This document shows, one piece after another, positions 41,661 through 56,165 of a stretch of 64,000 nt of DNA. The DNA lies in the NCBI RefSeq assembly GCF_009914755.1, contig NC_060927.1; one strand, given 5' to 3'. A program made the position numbers and the translations under genes. Source of the DNA: the human T2T-CHM13v2.0 reference genome, Homo sapiens. Numbering within the stretch: the stretch's first letter is position 1; the number at the start of each line of letters is the position of its first letter. The notes beneath the pieces were generated by a model that was not told where the DNA came from, did not search any database, and saw only the letters and a list, made by a program, of their open reading frames with translations.

Positions 41661-42354
41661 AGGTTCCTAACTGACTCTCTTAAACCTTTGTTAATTCTTT
41701 TCACATATGAGAAAACCCTTAGGTTTCAATGGAAAAAATAAACATTTTATTCTCACATGATTTCAAAGACTATTGTAACAGGATAGTTTGCTCTAAAGCT
41801 CGTGTCCCAGATGGAAGGCATTGTTGCAAGAACATTTTACCCGACTGTCCTGATCCTAGAACTTGTAGAATGCCTGTACTTCTTTCTGTTTCACCAAACT
41901 TCCCTGATTGTCTGGCTCCTCTCTTTCGGCATAGGTTCCTGGGCTCCCGTCTAACTCTTAGTCTCATTTCCCATGGTCCCTCTCTTTTCCTGTGGTTTAT
42001 CACTCCTTTCATTTCCCACAATCTCTCTCTCATAACTGGACTTGGAATACATAATTTAGAAAAATATATACGTAGAAAATAAAAATGTTATTTAGAAAAA
42101 TAAAACTATTTCTTGCTATATTTTATGATCTTAAATTTAAAGGCTTGTTCAGTTCCATATTTCTAAAAACTAGAAATAATTTACTTGCCAATTATTTAAC
42201 TTAATTTTTAAATAAGTATGCACATTCATGTGATTCAAAATTTGAAATGTGCAAAAGGGTAGTAAAAAATGTCCCTTCTACTCTTTCTTCTAGCCAGTAG
42301 CAACCAATGCTTCAAGTTTCTGATGAATATTTCCAGAGAGATGCATATACCAGC

Positions 42355-42452
42355 AATTACATATATGTGCAGGGGTGTGTGTATATATATATACATATAT
42401 ATGTGTATATATGTATATATACACACATGCACATATATAAGTGCATATGTGC

Positions 42453-42488
<36 letters not shown>
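42355..42488. repeat. Compound (TA/CA/TG)n microsatellite within an old L1M fragment
   Basis: Directly visible; flanks resemble antisense L1ME 3' sequence. Confidence 0.92.
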
Positions 42489-42490
<2 letters not shown>

Positions 42491-43624
42491 ATATTCTTTA
42501 TCTTTCCTGATTCTTACACAAAGGACAAATGATAGCATACGTTACACAAAAGCACCTTGCTTTTTTTTTTTACTTAGCTATTATACATAGCTTGGCAATT
42601 ATTCCCTATCAATCCAGAGAGAGCTTTCTCTTCCCTTTTTCATAGCCACAGAGTATTGCACTGTACAGATAGTCCATAATTTATTTCAATCTGACCACTA
42701 CACATACCACTTTGTTTGTTATTAGTTAAATAATTTCTGCTTTTAGTTTCTACTTTCTTTAGGTTTATTATTATCATTCAGTTCTTTTTATTAATTCTTT
42801 GAGTCAGATGTTACTTCTTTCATTATCAGTCTTTTTATTATTCTACATATGGAAGACTATGAATTTTCCTCTGAGCACTGCTTTAAATTGCACTCCTTAG
42901 GTTCTAGTATATAGTTATTTCTAAATTAGTTTTTGGCACAGAATTGGATTAATCATCATCCTTAATTTATGTTACACTCTCATCATTGGTAAATGCATAG
43001 CCATCTTTTGTTTAGTTCTTCCATTTTTTAACATAATTTTTAAAATATGGGCCCATCACCCAATGCGTCTTGACAATAAACTCCATCTACCTATATTGCC
43101 CCTCCCATTCCCTCCCTCTGCTTCTGTCCATACTACTCCTCCAACCACCAGAGATAAAGATCATGCTGAATTCTTTTTCATTTCCTTGCTTTCTTTTTCA
43201 TATAGCTTCATAGCTTCTATCTTCTATCTTTCCTTAAAACATATTTTTATTTTAAATTTAAACATTTTCTTATTTTCTGAATATTAGGTTTGATTTTGAT
43301 TTTCTTTATGATCCAAGAGTTGCTTTAAAAAGAGTTTTGGGGTTTTTTTCCCAGATATTAGAATATCTTGTTGTTTTATTATTTTGTTTTATTATTAAGA
43401 TCGGGCTATATTACATCATGAACAGAAAATGCCTTCTGCACTATTTTTACATTTTGGAATTTCTTGGTGTTTTTCTTTGGGTTAAAATGTGATCACTTGG
43501 GATATGCCATAGGATGCTCTGTATCCACCTGTCTGTCTCTCCAATTTTGGGGCCAGTGATTGCCCTGTGGCCTCACTTCTCTGACAGATCTAAGAAGAGT
43601 TGCTGATTTTGTATTTTGTTTGGC

Positions 43625-43739
43625 TTTTTAAATTGTATATATTTAAGGTGTACAACATGATATTTTTATATAACTATACACGGTAAAATGCTTACTCCAG
43701 CCAAGCAAATTAACCCACCCATCATCTTCCATAGTTACT

Positions 43740-43775
<36 letters not shown>

Positions 43776-43965
43776 AGAGCACCTAAAATCTACTCTCTTG
43801 GCAAATTTTCAGTCTATGATAAGGTTGTATTTACTGTAGTCCTCATGCTGTATGTTAGATCTCTAGACTTACTAATCCTGCATAACTACAAATTTGTACC
43901 CTTTGACCTATTTCTCCCCATTTCCTACCCCTCCCATCCCCTGGTAACCATTGTTTTACTCTCTG
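43625..43965 (-). mobile_element. L1MA9/10-like 3' end with internal (GT)n, inserted in an older L1M 5' fragment (about 43520-44043)
   Basis: aattgtatatatttaaggtgtacaacatgat...tgtatgttagatctctagacttact...gtaccctttgacc. Confidence 0.85.
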
Positions 43966-45440
43966 TGCTTGGTTTCTTACTTATTATTAGAATGGAATGG
44001 TGACTTCTAAGTTCCTTATGTGTCAGACTGGAAACCAGGAGTCTTTACGTCAGTATTTAAAAATCAGTTTAGAGGTGATAAACAGTTCATCCTCTCCAAA
44101 CATCTCTTAGACAAATCAGCATGGCTCTGAGGTGACAGTTAAGAACCAATTGACACAAGGAAGTTATGCAGGTTACCCAAGGCCATACAGCAGGCTAGAA
44201 ACTGAGCGGGAATTCTATTTAGCACCTGAACTCCCAGCCTTGTGTGCAGACCACATTGTCTGTAAACAAACTAGCTCCAGCTAAACTAGATAAATATGCC
44301 TGAAAATAGTTACTTGTGGATGCCAAACTTGGCCTTTTATGCATAGTCAATAAGCAAAAGAATCCAAAAGTAAGTAGGGCCCTTTGCACACACATGATCA
44401 TGAGAACCTAGCTCTGAGAGACCACGCCCCAAGGAGTGGAGGACCGGCCATCTTGGGTGGTGATCATAGTAATTATCCATTACATTTGGATGGCCTCCCT
44501 CAGATTTTGAAACACTTTCATGTGATTTATCTCAGAAGTTCTTGCCAGACATCCTAGGAGGCTGATATTTTTTGTTTTGGTTGGTGCTCCAAGGAGACCA
44601 GCAACTCAGCACTGGGAGCCTAACCTGCCCTAATGAGCATAAGGAAATGGGCGCAAACCCTGGTTTTTAGATAAACACAAGAAGTGATCTCTGGGGTCAG
44701 ATTTAAGTGGGCGAGATAGACAGCATTACCTTGACAAGGGGCAAGGTAGAAACAGAGCACAGGTATGGGAACTGTGCACCTCTTGGTTACCAGTATATAG
44801 GAGGATCCAGTCTATGATAATCTAACCCCAAGGAGATACCACAACTTTATTATAATTTTTGCATCCTCTGTGTCTAGCTCAGAATGTGGCATGTAGAAAA
44901 CATCCAGTAGATGCTTGAAGAATGAATGAATGAAGTATTTTCTGCACACCACCGCCAATGTATTACTCTCTGGGGTGAATAAATGTTTACTAACATCTAT
45001 CAGGTTAAGGGTTAGATGCTTTCAAGTAGATTTCTTAACCTGGAAAACATCATGGTAAAGATAAAAGAGAGGGCCTGTGTTTTCTCTGTTTCTTACCATA
45101 CCAAGTCTAGGTGCCTATTCCTGATTTTCAAAATTACCCATGGTTGGGCCCAATGCCTACCTCTATAGCCTTTCACCCCACCACTCTCCTGGCGCTCTTA
45201 CTGTTCATTCTGGCCTTTTCCACCCGTCCTGGTACACTTTTCTTTGTCTCCCTTTCTATCCCAGTCATTTTATTCCAACCTCTTCTATGGAGCCTTCCTT
45301 GACTATCTTGGCCCTCAGTGATCAACCATTCTTTTGAATTTTTTTAATCTGGAGAGTTGATATCCATATATTTTGCCCTCAGTTTTCTCCTATGCTATTG
45401 AGTTATTTTAGGTACATGTTATGTTTGACTAGTTGGATTA

Positions 45441-45806
<366 letters not shown>

Positions 45807-46276
45807 TCATGGGAGATCAATAAGTAGCTTTTCACTGATCAAATGTAAACACATTACTGGAGAAGCTACTTCATTGCTCGGAAACTTCCTGAAACATATG
45901 TAGTGTTAGGTATACAATATCCTTGCCCATGCTGAGGTGTTAAAAAAAAGTTCTTCTCAAAGCCAAATGAATCATACTCCTGGTTTCTTCCTGTCTCAGT
46001 CATCTTCCCCTTTCACTATTCAGCAGATTAACCTCCGCACAGGGCCTCTGGCCACACACTCTCAGTCTCCTCTGGCCTCCTGCACCATCAGTTCCCTCCA
46101 GTCCTCCAGACTCATCAGCTGCCATGATGCTGCCTCTGAGATTTTCCTGCTCACCTACTGCTGAACCACACACCCAACCCTCCTTTGCTACAGTGGTCAG
46201 CCAACAACATAGCCAAGAAATTATGGAAGTTTTGTAGAAATTAAACTAAGGCGATGAACAACAGTGGTTAAAAGTA

Positions 46277-46706
46277 GAAATAAAATTATGTCATTTTGGC
46301 AGTCTGCAGACTATCTACTAGAATCCTTCTTCCCCTTCTTCCTGGGCACAGAGCACAGCTATATTTTCTGGTCTTCCTTACAGTGAAGTAAAGCCATGTA
46401 ACTAAATAACTAAATTCTTTCCAAAGATGTAAGTGGAAGTGTTGTATACCTTCAACAGGTCTGGGTCAATTATTCTGTGTTCTTCCACACTCTTTATGTG
46501 TGCTGGGTGACGTGGCCTTAAGGGTCTGTAGAGCCACAGGGTCTAAGAAGCCATGGTCCCTTAACTACCTTGTGAAAGAGAGCTGCGCTTCAGCCAGGAG
46601 CACCTCCCTTGAGCAATTATATGAGAAACAAACTTCTATTGTGTTCAAACCATTATACATTTGGCATGTATTTATGACAGCAATTCAGCCTACCCTAACT
46701 AGTACA
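46277..46706 (+). mobile_element. MaLR LTR (MLT1H/I/J-like)
   Basis: cccttcttcctgggcacagagcacagctatattttc...tgagaaacaaacttctattgtgttcaaacc...ccctaactagtaca. Confidence 0.7.
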
Positions 46707-47098
46707 TCCATTAAGTGAATGAACAAAGGTACAACTGTTACTCCACCCTTACTTGACTCCAGAGAAGCATATAATTGAGAAGGAAAGAATATTTGCCTAA
46801 TAACAAAAGGGAAGAAAGCCATAGGTGAATGTGAGTTATATTTGCATAAAATAAGATTGAGAAACTTTGTGCGATGAAGGTTCTTACAGCAAAGACCTGG
46901 GTTTTTCATTGTGAACTGTCTCATTGGAACTATTAATTATCCAATGGATAAAACAGAATTCCTTGGGGACATGTTCCTTGTTGATTTGTGGGCCTTAAAC
47001 ATATTAGGTACTCAATAAATACTTGTTAACTAAAATTAAATCAAGGGGGTAAGAATCCCAACTCCAGCCTATTTCTAGAAATGGAGCATAGCCAATTC

Positions 47099-47404
47099 TT
47101 TTTCTTTTTCTTTTTTTGACGGAGTTTCGCTCTGTCACCCAGGCTGGAGTGCAGTGGCATGATCTCGGCTCACTGCATTCTCTGCCTCTGGGTTTAAGCA
47201 ATTCTCTGCCTAAGCCCCCTGAGTAGCTGGGATTACAGGTGCCCACCACCACACCCGTCTAATTTTTTTTTTTTTTTTGTATTGTTAGTAGAGACGGGGT
47301 TTCACCATCTTGGCCAGGCTGATCTTGAACTCCTGACCTCGTGATCCACCCACCTCGGCCTCTCGAAGTGCTGTGATTACAGGCGTAAGCCACTGAGCCC
47401 AGCC
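47099..47404 (-). mobile_element. AluS
   Basis: Antisense Alu; TSD ccaattctt. Confidence 0.96.
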
Positions 47405-49761
47405 GACCAATTCTTATTAACAAAGTGTAATGTCCAAAGAAGGGAATCAGAGGTTGTAAGATCTTAAAGCCATGTCAGATGAGAAACATTGAGGAAATGT
47501 AAATGTCTAACCTAGAGAGAGAGAGAGAGTGTGTGTGTGTGAGGGGATAGAGAGGGAGGGAGAGAGGTACTGAGAACCACACTGTTGTTTAATAATTTGA
47601 AGAGCTGTCATGGGGAAGAGATGTATTCCACATTCCTTAAAAGTAAAACTGTAACTAAACTTCTGTTTTATACAAAAAGAGATTCCCAACAAGTACAGAC
47701 AATGGAACAGGCTGCCTTGGAAAGGACTAAACTTCTCCTTACAGGAAGTACTTCATCCAGGGCTGGCTGCTGCCAGTTGGGAACATTATAGAAGGTTATC
47801 CTGCACTGAGTATGAAATTAAGAGAGTGAAATTCCCTTTGGAAGGTTCCAAGTAGTCCCAAGAGGCTTGTACTAATAAGGCATTCGGGAGCTCGGTTCCA
47901 GGATCACCTGTGATTTCCAATAGTCTCTGTGCCAATTCCCAGTTGTTCCCACAAGGATGACTCTTTAGCTGGTTGCAAGAGGGAGGCACAAAGAAGTCTG
48001 GGAGAAAGGAAGCCATGTGCCAAGTCACAAAATCTGTTATCTGGTATTTTATCCAAAGTCTAGCTTGTGGGGAGAGGAGAGCAGCTGATAGAGATAGACA
48101 AAGCCCTTAGCCCCCCAACATCTCCCTTACTAAATTACATCAGTTTAATGGAGCTTTTAGTCTAGAATACCTAATAGAAAGATAAAGCCAATTTGATTAC
48201 CTACATCTTATTCGTTTTAAGAGATCAGTACCTGGTGGGAAGAGGAAAAGCTAACTTCACCATATAGTCTTTATGAAGATCAAGCCCAGTTAGACACCAA
48301 GGAAGGAATGCCCGAAGTTGGCAGTGTGAGGGCTGGAGGTATCTGGGGTGCTGGGGAACTGAAGGAGTGGGAGGAACAGTGGTGAAGAGTTTTGCCTACT
48401 CTGCAGTTTAGCCTGAGGCCTTGGTGCATCTCTGAGAACTTTCTCTGGGCTGAAGACATTGCTTGCCAACACCCAAACTGGGATGTCAGGACTTGTTTAT
48501 AAACTGCAAACAGCTCACCACAGCTTAGCCCAGTCTTCCCAGTCTAGGCCAGTCTGGTCTCCTCAGGTTCAAGCCCAGGTCTCCTTATCCCTCTCTCTGG
48601 GAGAAAGAAGCAGAGAAGGAAAAGAAGGATGCTCTCTGTGCTAAATATCTTCCCATGAAGAAAGAGTGTATCAGTTGTCTATTCTCATGTGAGTCCAGTC
48701 ACCGCCTCCACCCAACCCCAACAATTTATTCCTTCTGTGTTCAATATGAGTCCAATATGACTCTACAATTTCTTTTTCAGGGACTTCTGGAATCCATCTG
48801 CAAGGAATGCCAGCTGGTGGCTCTTAAATACCCAGAAACCTAACAAAGAGTACTGGACAATGTGGAAACTTAAGAAGTGGGACAACATAGGCACTACCAG
48901 CTATCGGGGTGTAAGAGAGGGGAGTTATGGGTGAATTGCATTCAGTGAAGGCTTCACAGAGGAAGAGAAGGTGAACCTGAGTCTTAAGATTTAGTTATAC
49001 AAAGAGAAAGCAAGGGAATTTCAGGTTGGAAGGACTATGCAGGGAAAAGGGAAAATAAAAGAGTCTGTTGAGAGCCAATGTATGAGAGTCTGACTGGATG
49101 AATTCATTGGAGAAATTGAATACTCTGTACAACAACCTCTCACCACCTCCAGCCTCCAAGTGCCATGCCAGCTCCATCCATGGTTGTTTATGAGTCTCTA
49201 GACAGGGATGACCATTCCATGGTTGAAGCCGGTAGATCAGAGAAGGCACACGTAATGTTTACCTGCAAAGAATATGGCAGAACCTCTCATGAAGTTTTAA
49301 GATCAAATGGAGAAAAGTTGCCTGCAGAAAAGCATGATTAAATAAATTTATAGCTGGTTTAATCACTTGACCAAATTTGTACTCATCTCTTGCCCCCAGC
49401 TCTACCATTGTTCATGTTTTCCCCATCTCTGTGATGGGTTATTCATCCAGTGGAAATAAATGGTAGTGGGTTCTTAAAAATAAGTCATCACGCACAGCTT
49501 AGATTGTTCCTGGAGATTCCCAGGATATGTATTGTCTCATGAGGTACTTAAAGGATTTTTTAGGTCCTTTCTCCAGGACCTAAATGTAGGACATTTAAAA
49601 GCCATGGTTCTAAATGTTTCACATAGTACTTGGGACGTTTATATTTTCCAGTTCTAGAGTAGTGACACATTCTATTCAGATTGACATAAGGGTATCCTAG
49701 GTCATTTAAATAATGAATGTTTCCATTTAAACCAACTCATGAGGTGAGAATAAGAAATTCA

Positions 49762-50051
49762 GGCTGGGCACAGTGGCTCACGCCTGTAATCCCAACACTT
49801 TAGGAGGCTGAGCAGGGAGGACTGCTTAAGCCCAGGAATTTGAGACCAGCCTGGGCAACCATAGTGAGACTTTGTCTCTACAAATAAATTTTTAAAAATT
49901 ATTCAGGTATGGTAGTGCCCAACTGTAATCCCAGTTACCCAGGAGGACAAGGCAGGAGGATCACTCAAGCCCAGGAGTTTGAGGCTGCAGTGAGCTATGA
50001 CCATGCCACTGCCCTCCAGCCTGGGTGACAGAGCAAAACTCTGTCTCAAGA

Positions 50052-50097
<46 letters not shown>
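49762..50097 (+). mobile_element. AluJ with an (AAT)~15 tail
   Basis: Full Alu whose tail has become a trinucleotide repeat. Confidence 0.95.
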
Positions 50098-50098
<1 letters not shown>

Positions 50099-51521
50099 GT
50101 TCAAATGCCAATGCCACACATAATGTTTCTGCCATTGAAAAATATGACTTATGCTGTGTTTTACCCACCAACACACTCTGACTCACACAATTAAAGTGGT
50201 TGACCTACATCTGCAAGTCCATGTAAAATATATGCAAATGAGAAGACAACAGTGAAAAGAGAGAAAGGAGACAATTGATCATAGAACAGAAGGAAGGGTG
50301 GGAAATGTCTTTTATAATTCATCAAGACACAAATAGAGATATCTCATTTTTTTTAAGGCACCAGATCTACTGAGAAATAAATAAAAATTGAAAATATATA
50401 TATAATCTAAAGGACAGCCTGGATATGTGGAACATCACAACTCAAAAAGCACCAAACCAGCAGAGTCCAGCAAACAAATTGTAAAATGCCAAAGCATCCT
50501 TTCTTTGGCATCACTTTGAAAGGTTGAGAATAGCTTTCCTCGCAGGTCTTGAAGAATAAGGACCCAGCAGCAGTCTGACCTGGAAGTTACAGTAGGGAGA
50601 TGTAAGAACTCTTGAAATCCCTTCTCTCCCCAGCATCATGAGAGTTCTGACTGAGTTTATGAGATCCATTTTTACAAATCACAGGAGCGTATGAACTGTG
50701 GATGATTAAGGAGAGTCTTCATTTCTGAAAGACAGATGCTTCTGTGGGTAAGATGAGGCTGCCCCAGAGCTGCAACAGTTTGAGCAGAAATTTCTTCCAA
50801 AGGGGAAAACATTTCCACTTTTTGTTTCAACATTTCACTTTTTTTTCCGAAGTTCTTAAAACAGTAGTAATTATTGTTTTTCTAAGGGAATGTTGCTATT
50901 TTTGTCAGCATGGGCTTTGAACTGCTTTGACTTTTTCTCTAATCTTGCTGGCACAGTAAAGTTGTTGCTGCGTTAATGTAAAGGGCGAACATTTTGAATA
51001 AGATAGAAAAGCACAAAAGAAGACCTCCTTGAGATACTACCGAGACTAGAGGTTGTCTTTGTTAGTCAGATGTTGACAGTGCTCAGGAGCCACTCCAGCA
51101 CTTAGGGGGGTGTCATATGGTAGCAAGACAGGTACTTGTTTCCAATCGAAAGATAGGAGTGACAGCATGTGATCAGATAAGAGGAAGGGACTCAGTTGAA
51201 AGGAGAGGGCTTCCATCACACTGGTTATTGTTGCCCCCTCTTGGAGCTTTGCCTGAGTTCAGGGGGCCTGTGGACCTTTCTTAATTTATTATGTACCAGT
51301 GGACTGGGTAATCAGGAGAAAGCTGTCCATTAATCCAACCATAAGTCCAAATATAGTCAACATTTTCACACATTCGCCAACCTCAATGGACAATGAAGTC
51401 TACAGGCAGCACTTAACATTTAAAAAGGGACGTTGAAAAGCACTTAACATTTAATCAGATCAAATGATTAAAATGGCTTGAAAATCCCCTAAATTGTCCT
51501 TAAAGAACATTATTATACCAT

Positions 51522-52047
51522 TGTGTGAGACCAAAATATGCCACCCTAAAATATGAAGGATTGTTGAGCTGATGGTAATTAAGAAGAAACAGATGCAGAA
51601 AAGCTCTCTGCCCTTCCTCTATTTGCCTAAAAGCAGGACATAGATTTACAAAGACAATAGGTATCCTGCACCCTATCACCCCACTTCTACCAGAGAGAAC
51701 AAAGGTTAACCACTAAAGACAGCTTGGAACTCTTATAAACCTGGAGATGGTTCCAGAGCAATCTACACAAACAAGCTTTACTAACCAGCCTTTAATTTGC
51801 CTTCCTCCAAGTTGCCTTCCCTAGAGACTTAAAGTCTTTTTCCTTTGTCTTGCCACTTCTTTAAAAATTTACTGTTCTTTGAGAACTATTCCCTGGGTAT
51901 CTCCCATGTATATATAAAATAATGCATATTAATAAACTTCTGTTTGTTTTTCTCTTGTTAATCTGTCTTATGTTACAGGGGTCTAGATAGGGTTCCCATC
52001 TAAGAACTTCTGAAAGTTGAAGAAAAAATTACTTTTCTTTCCCTACA
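51522..52047 (+). mobile_element. ERV1 solo LTR (MER34/MER39 family)
   Basis: tgtgtgagaccaaaatatgccaccctaaaatatg...aataaacttctgtttg...ccctaca; 4-bp TSD ccat. Confidence 0.85.
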
Positions 52048-54394
52048 CCATTTTTCAACAAAAGCAGCGTAACTTGTTGTGTGTTTTCCTTCAGTTGGGT
52101 AGGAGATAAAGTAGTGAACTTTTATGTAAAGGACAACTTTTTATTTAAAAAAATTCTTGTTTCCTTAAACATAAATTCACCGATATTATGAGATCTATCT
52201 GAGAACCAAGACCAAAGAAACCAAGGGAAGAGTAGATTCACATGTCTCAGCTCAGCTCACCTAACATTCTTGCTCATTGTGTTAAAAGATGGGCAAATCA
52301 TCCCCACTCTTTAAATGGTGTTCTCTCACTCTCTCTTGCTCTCTCTTGCTTTATCTGGCCTAACATATCATTGAATTCATATCAATTAAACACAGAACTT
52401 TACTCCACAATTCATGAACATATCCTCTCCAACTCACCAAGAGCCTAAGAGAAAGCTAGAAATAAAAAGACACAGAGCTTAAGCCTCAGGACAAATTGGC
52501 CTCTGGAAAGTGCCTTTGCATTTGGCTGCTGTCTTTCTAAATGTGTGCCCCAGATTCCAGCCCTATATTATCACACTTTTCCCATTTATGATGCCTCCTC
52601 CACCTTTAAGTGTTCTTTACACAATTCTTGGATGAGACTTTTTGGTCCAAAGACCTTGAGAAAGAAGGAAATACAGATTTATGGGAAAGGGACCTGGAAA
52701 ATCTCAAACAGACACATCTTTATTGCAACCGTCTGAGTCTGTGGGAGAGAGAACAGGGCCCAGAAGGATCAGCTCTGAATTTGCTCCAACTCTAGACTTC
52801 ACTCCCTTCTTTCCAAGCTCCCCACTCAGGCCAATATTTTAATCTTTCAATCTCTCTCCCTCCCTCATCATCCCCTGTTTATTCACCTTTTCCATTCCCT
52901 CGTCTCATTTTCTCATTCTTTCTGATTGCCCCGCTCTCTCGCACTCATATCCCCTCGCGTATCATCTTTCTGTTGGAGCCTGCACTCATGGCCTCCTTCC
53001 ACGAGCAGCAGGTTTGAATCAGCTCCAGTTGAAAATGAAGGCAGGAGGTGGGGGTGGAGTGAGGCCAGGAGGGGAATAGCCACTTTCTGATGGCCAATGT
53101 ACAGTAAGCACAGCCCTCCACCCTGCCTCCAGGCTGGTCCCTGCTGTCGCTGTCTCTCTGCCCGGACCCCCCACCACACACAGGTATGTACAAGAGAAGA
53201 CCTAATAATCCCCTGCAGGGAAGAGGCCCCCATCCCCAATAAGGCAGCTGGTTTCCATTAGATGTTCCAAGCCCTATAAATATTCTCTTTTCTCACTTAT
53301 CTCTTATTATTTTTCCTTTCCCTTTCTCATGTTCCCGCCTCTGGATTCCCTCCTGGGAGGAGGCCTAAATTAAAACGGGAAGGCTTGCCAAGCTTTGCAT
53401 TAACCATCCTGTTATGCCCCAGGCCCCTGGCTGAGCACAGCCCAGAAAAGAGCTTCTTGTTTGTCCAGTTTGCTGCTCCCCACACGGAAGGCTGACATGC
53501 TCCCAGGAAGGAGGAAGGGTTGAGCTGAGCCTGAGCTGGAGGGTGTGGCCAGAACCATCTCACCTGCGTGCTGTGGGTTGTGTTCCTGGCTAAGCCTGTT
53601 GGGTCCTCTGTCAAGCTTGTCTTGTCCATAGCAGTGGATACTGTACAGTGTCTTGGGCACAGCTTTGGAGGGCAACACTCTGGGGTTCAGATCCCAGGTC
53701 CTTTGTTCACAGAGAATCTGACTTCAGGCAAGTTACACAACCTTTCTCATTTGTACAATTGTGCTGATAACACCCACCTCAAAGGACGGTTAAGAGGATG
53801 AAAATGAGGTAACTAATGGGAAAACATTTAGCTCAAGGTCTGCAGGTAGCAGATGTTGGTGCTCTTCTCTTGCCCCTCCCTGTAGGATTTACTGTTGGAA
53901 AACCTGCCCTCCTCCTCCACCAGCCTCCCACACCTTGCAAACAGTTAACTGAGCAATTACAGAATTTAATTAACTAGCAACTACAGACTCCGAATACCCA
54001 AGGGCCTGACTTGGGGAGCATACAAATGTTTACTTTTTGTTCTCTCTCCTCCAGCCTATTTTAAGATAAAGAAAGAGACAGAGAAAGAGTGAATATAAAA
54101 TCCCTAAATTAGAACAATGTTTACAATTTTTAGTACTTCTTATAAACTAGGCAGCAAGAAGCTATGTCATTGTTGAGCCAGTGACCCCAGAGCAAAAGTT
54201 CCTCCAGGGGTGGGGGAGAGGGAGGAACTTAAGCACCTCATCCTAAACTGAGGTAATTAAGAATACAGCTACTGGGGTCAGACTCTCTCTGGACCTGGAC
54301 TCAAGCTCCAACTCTTCCTAGCTGCTGGGCTCAAACAAGTTACTGACCTCACTGTGCTTCTTTTCCTCATCGTAAATGAGGCTAACAACAGTAC

Positions 54395-54931
54395 TGTCAG
54401 AGGCATTTGAACCAGAGAAACTCCATCTTGAAGAGGAGCTGGGTAAAATGAGGCTGAGACCTACTGGGCTGCATTCCCAGACAGTTAAGGCATTCCGTGT
54501 CACAGGATGAGATAGGAGGTCTGCACAAGATACAGGTCATAAAGATCTTGCTGATAAAACAGCTTGCAGTAAAGAAGCCTGCCAAAACCCACCAAAACCA
54601 AGATGGCGATGAGAGTGACCTCTGGTCGTCCTCACTGCTACGCTCCCACCAGAGCCATGACAGTTTACAAATGCCAAGGTGTAGTCAGGAAATTATGGGG
54701 AGGCATGAATAATCCACCCCTTGTTTAGCATATAATCAAGAAATAACTATAAAAATGGGCAACCAGCAGCCTTCAGGTCTCCTCTGTCTATGGAGTAGCC
54801 ATTCTTTTATTCCTTTACTTTCCTAATAAACTTGCTTTCACTTTACTGTATGTACTCGCCCCGAATTGTTTCTTCAGCGAGATCCAAGTACCCTCTTTTG
54901 GGGTCTGGATCAGGACCCCTTTCTGGTAACA
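54395..54931 (+). mobile_element. MER41A solo LTR (ERV1) inserted into a MIR
   Basis: tgtcagaggcatttgaaccagag...ggatcaggacccctttctggtaaca; perfect 4-bp TSD gtac; MIR halves on both sides. Confidence 0.92.
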
Positions 54932-55899
54932 GTACTACTGACTTTATAGGGTTGCCACAAAGACTGAATGAGCTAATATAGTTCACCAACTTTGAATAGT
55001 GCCTGGCAGAGTAAGTATGCAGCACATGTTAGTCATCCTTCCCATTCGGTCAATCAGTCCTAGTTTCGTATAGCCTTGCTCCTCCATCATGGCCATTCCC
55101 AAACTGGCCCATGTGCATGGACAATCATACAGCTGGGATTTGCTCCTCCCACCTCTGCATGCTCCTCGGACGAATTCTAGCCACTTTGGTGGCTCTGCGT
55201 AAATTCCAATCCTCACCGTGGAACAAACTCTGGAACCTCCTTAACTAACTGGCCTTCCCATGAGGGATGAACCTTTGGGACGCCATGCACTGTGCGTAGG
55301 AGGGATGTCTTTCCTGTGCCCTGGACACCCACAACCCATCATCCTCATGGCCTTCCTGAAACCAGAGCCTTCGTCTGGGAGTGCAGCCCATGACAAGCAA
55401 CAGACATGACCAGCACAAACAGAGCCAAAAATCTTCAGACTGTTTCAGGGAAACTGCAGTGCTTGTCTGCCCTCTCTGCCTGTCTGTTGGGCTGAGAGTG
55501 AATGGAGGGTACTGTCCTCCCAACACAGAGGCAGGTATAGCACAGAATCCCAGGACCTTAAGTCCACAGAATTGAATCCCCTGTCCTCTGCACATGAGCC
55601 AATCTAGGCTAATGGCACTTCATAAAATGACTATTTTCTGTATTTCTTGTTAATTTCTTTGCCATATAAGTCAGCCTTGTCATACACTGTGGAGTCCAGC
55701 TAGACCTGGTTCTGTCACTTCCTCAGTGATGGACATTGGTCAAGTTTTTTAACCTCTCTGAACCTCCATTCATTAACCTATAAAATGGGGCTAACAAGCT
55801 TACAGCTTTAAAGATATATCTCATCTTCCTCAATAGACTTTAGCCATGGATGTTCACCTTTATGACTACTTATTCTGCCATTTTACTACAATTTGATTC

Positions 55900-56165
55900 C
55901 ACTTCCTTTCATTCTATCCTTAGTGCAGTCAGAAAACAGCTGGTCACCATCATTCCTATATGTAACTACCTTCCAGAGACCTGGAAACAGTTAATAAATC
56001 ATTCTTCAGCCTCTGAACTTTAGGCTAAATAATGTCAATTTCTTTAATCTTCATCCCAAGATCCTATCTAAAAATCTTGAGTAATTTTATCTTTGTCTTC
56101 TGGTCTCTCTAAAAATTAACACATCAGATTTCAGTGCCTCAACGTGAATATATTATTGTAACAAG
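55900..56165 (-). mobile_element. L3/CR1 LINE fragment
   Basis: ttaggctaaataatgtcaatttctttaatcttc...cttctggtctctctaaaaattaacacatc resembles antisense CR1 RT 3' sequence. Confidence 0.55.

Noticed and set aside
42269-42538. Cluster of overlapping ORFs
   Set aside because: They are generated by the TA/TG microsatellite.
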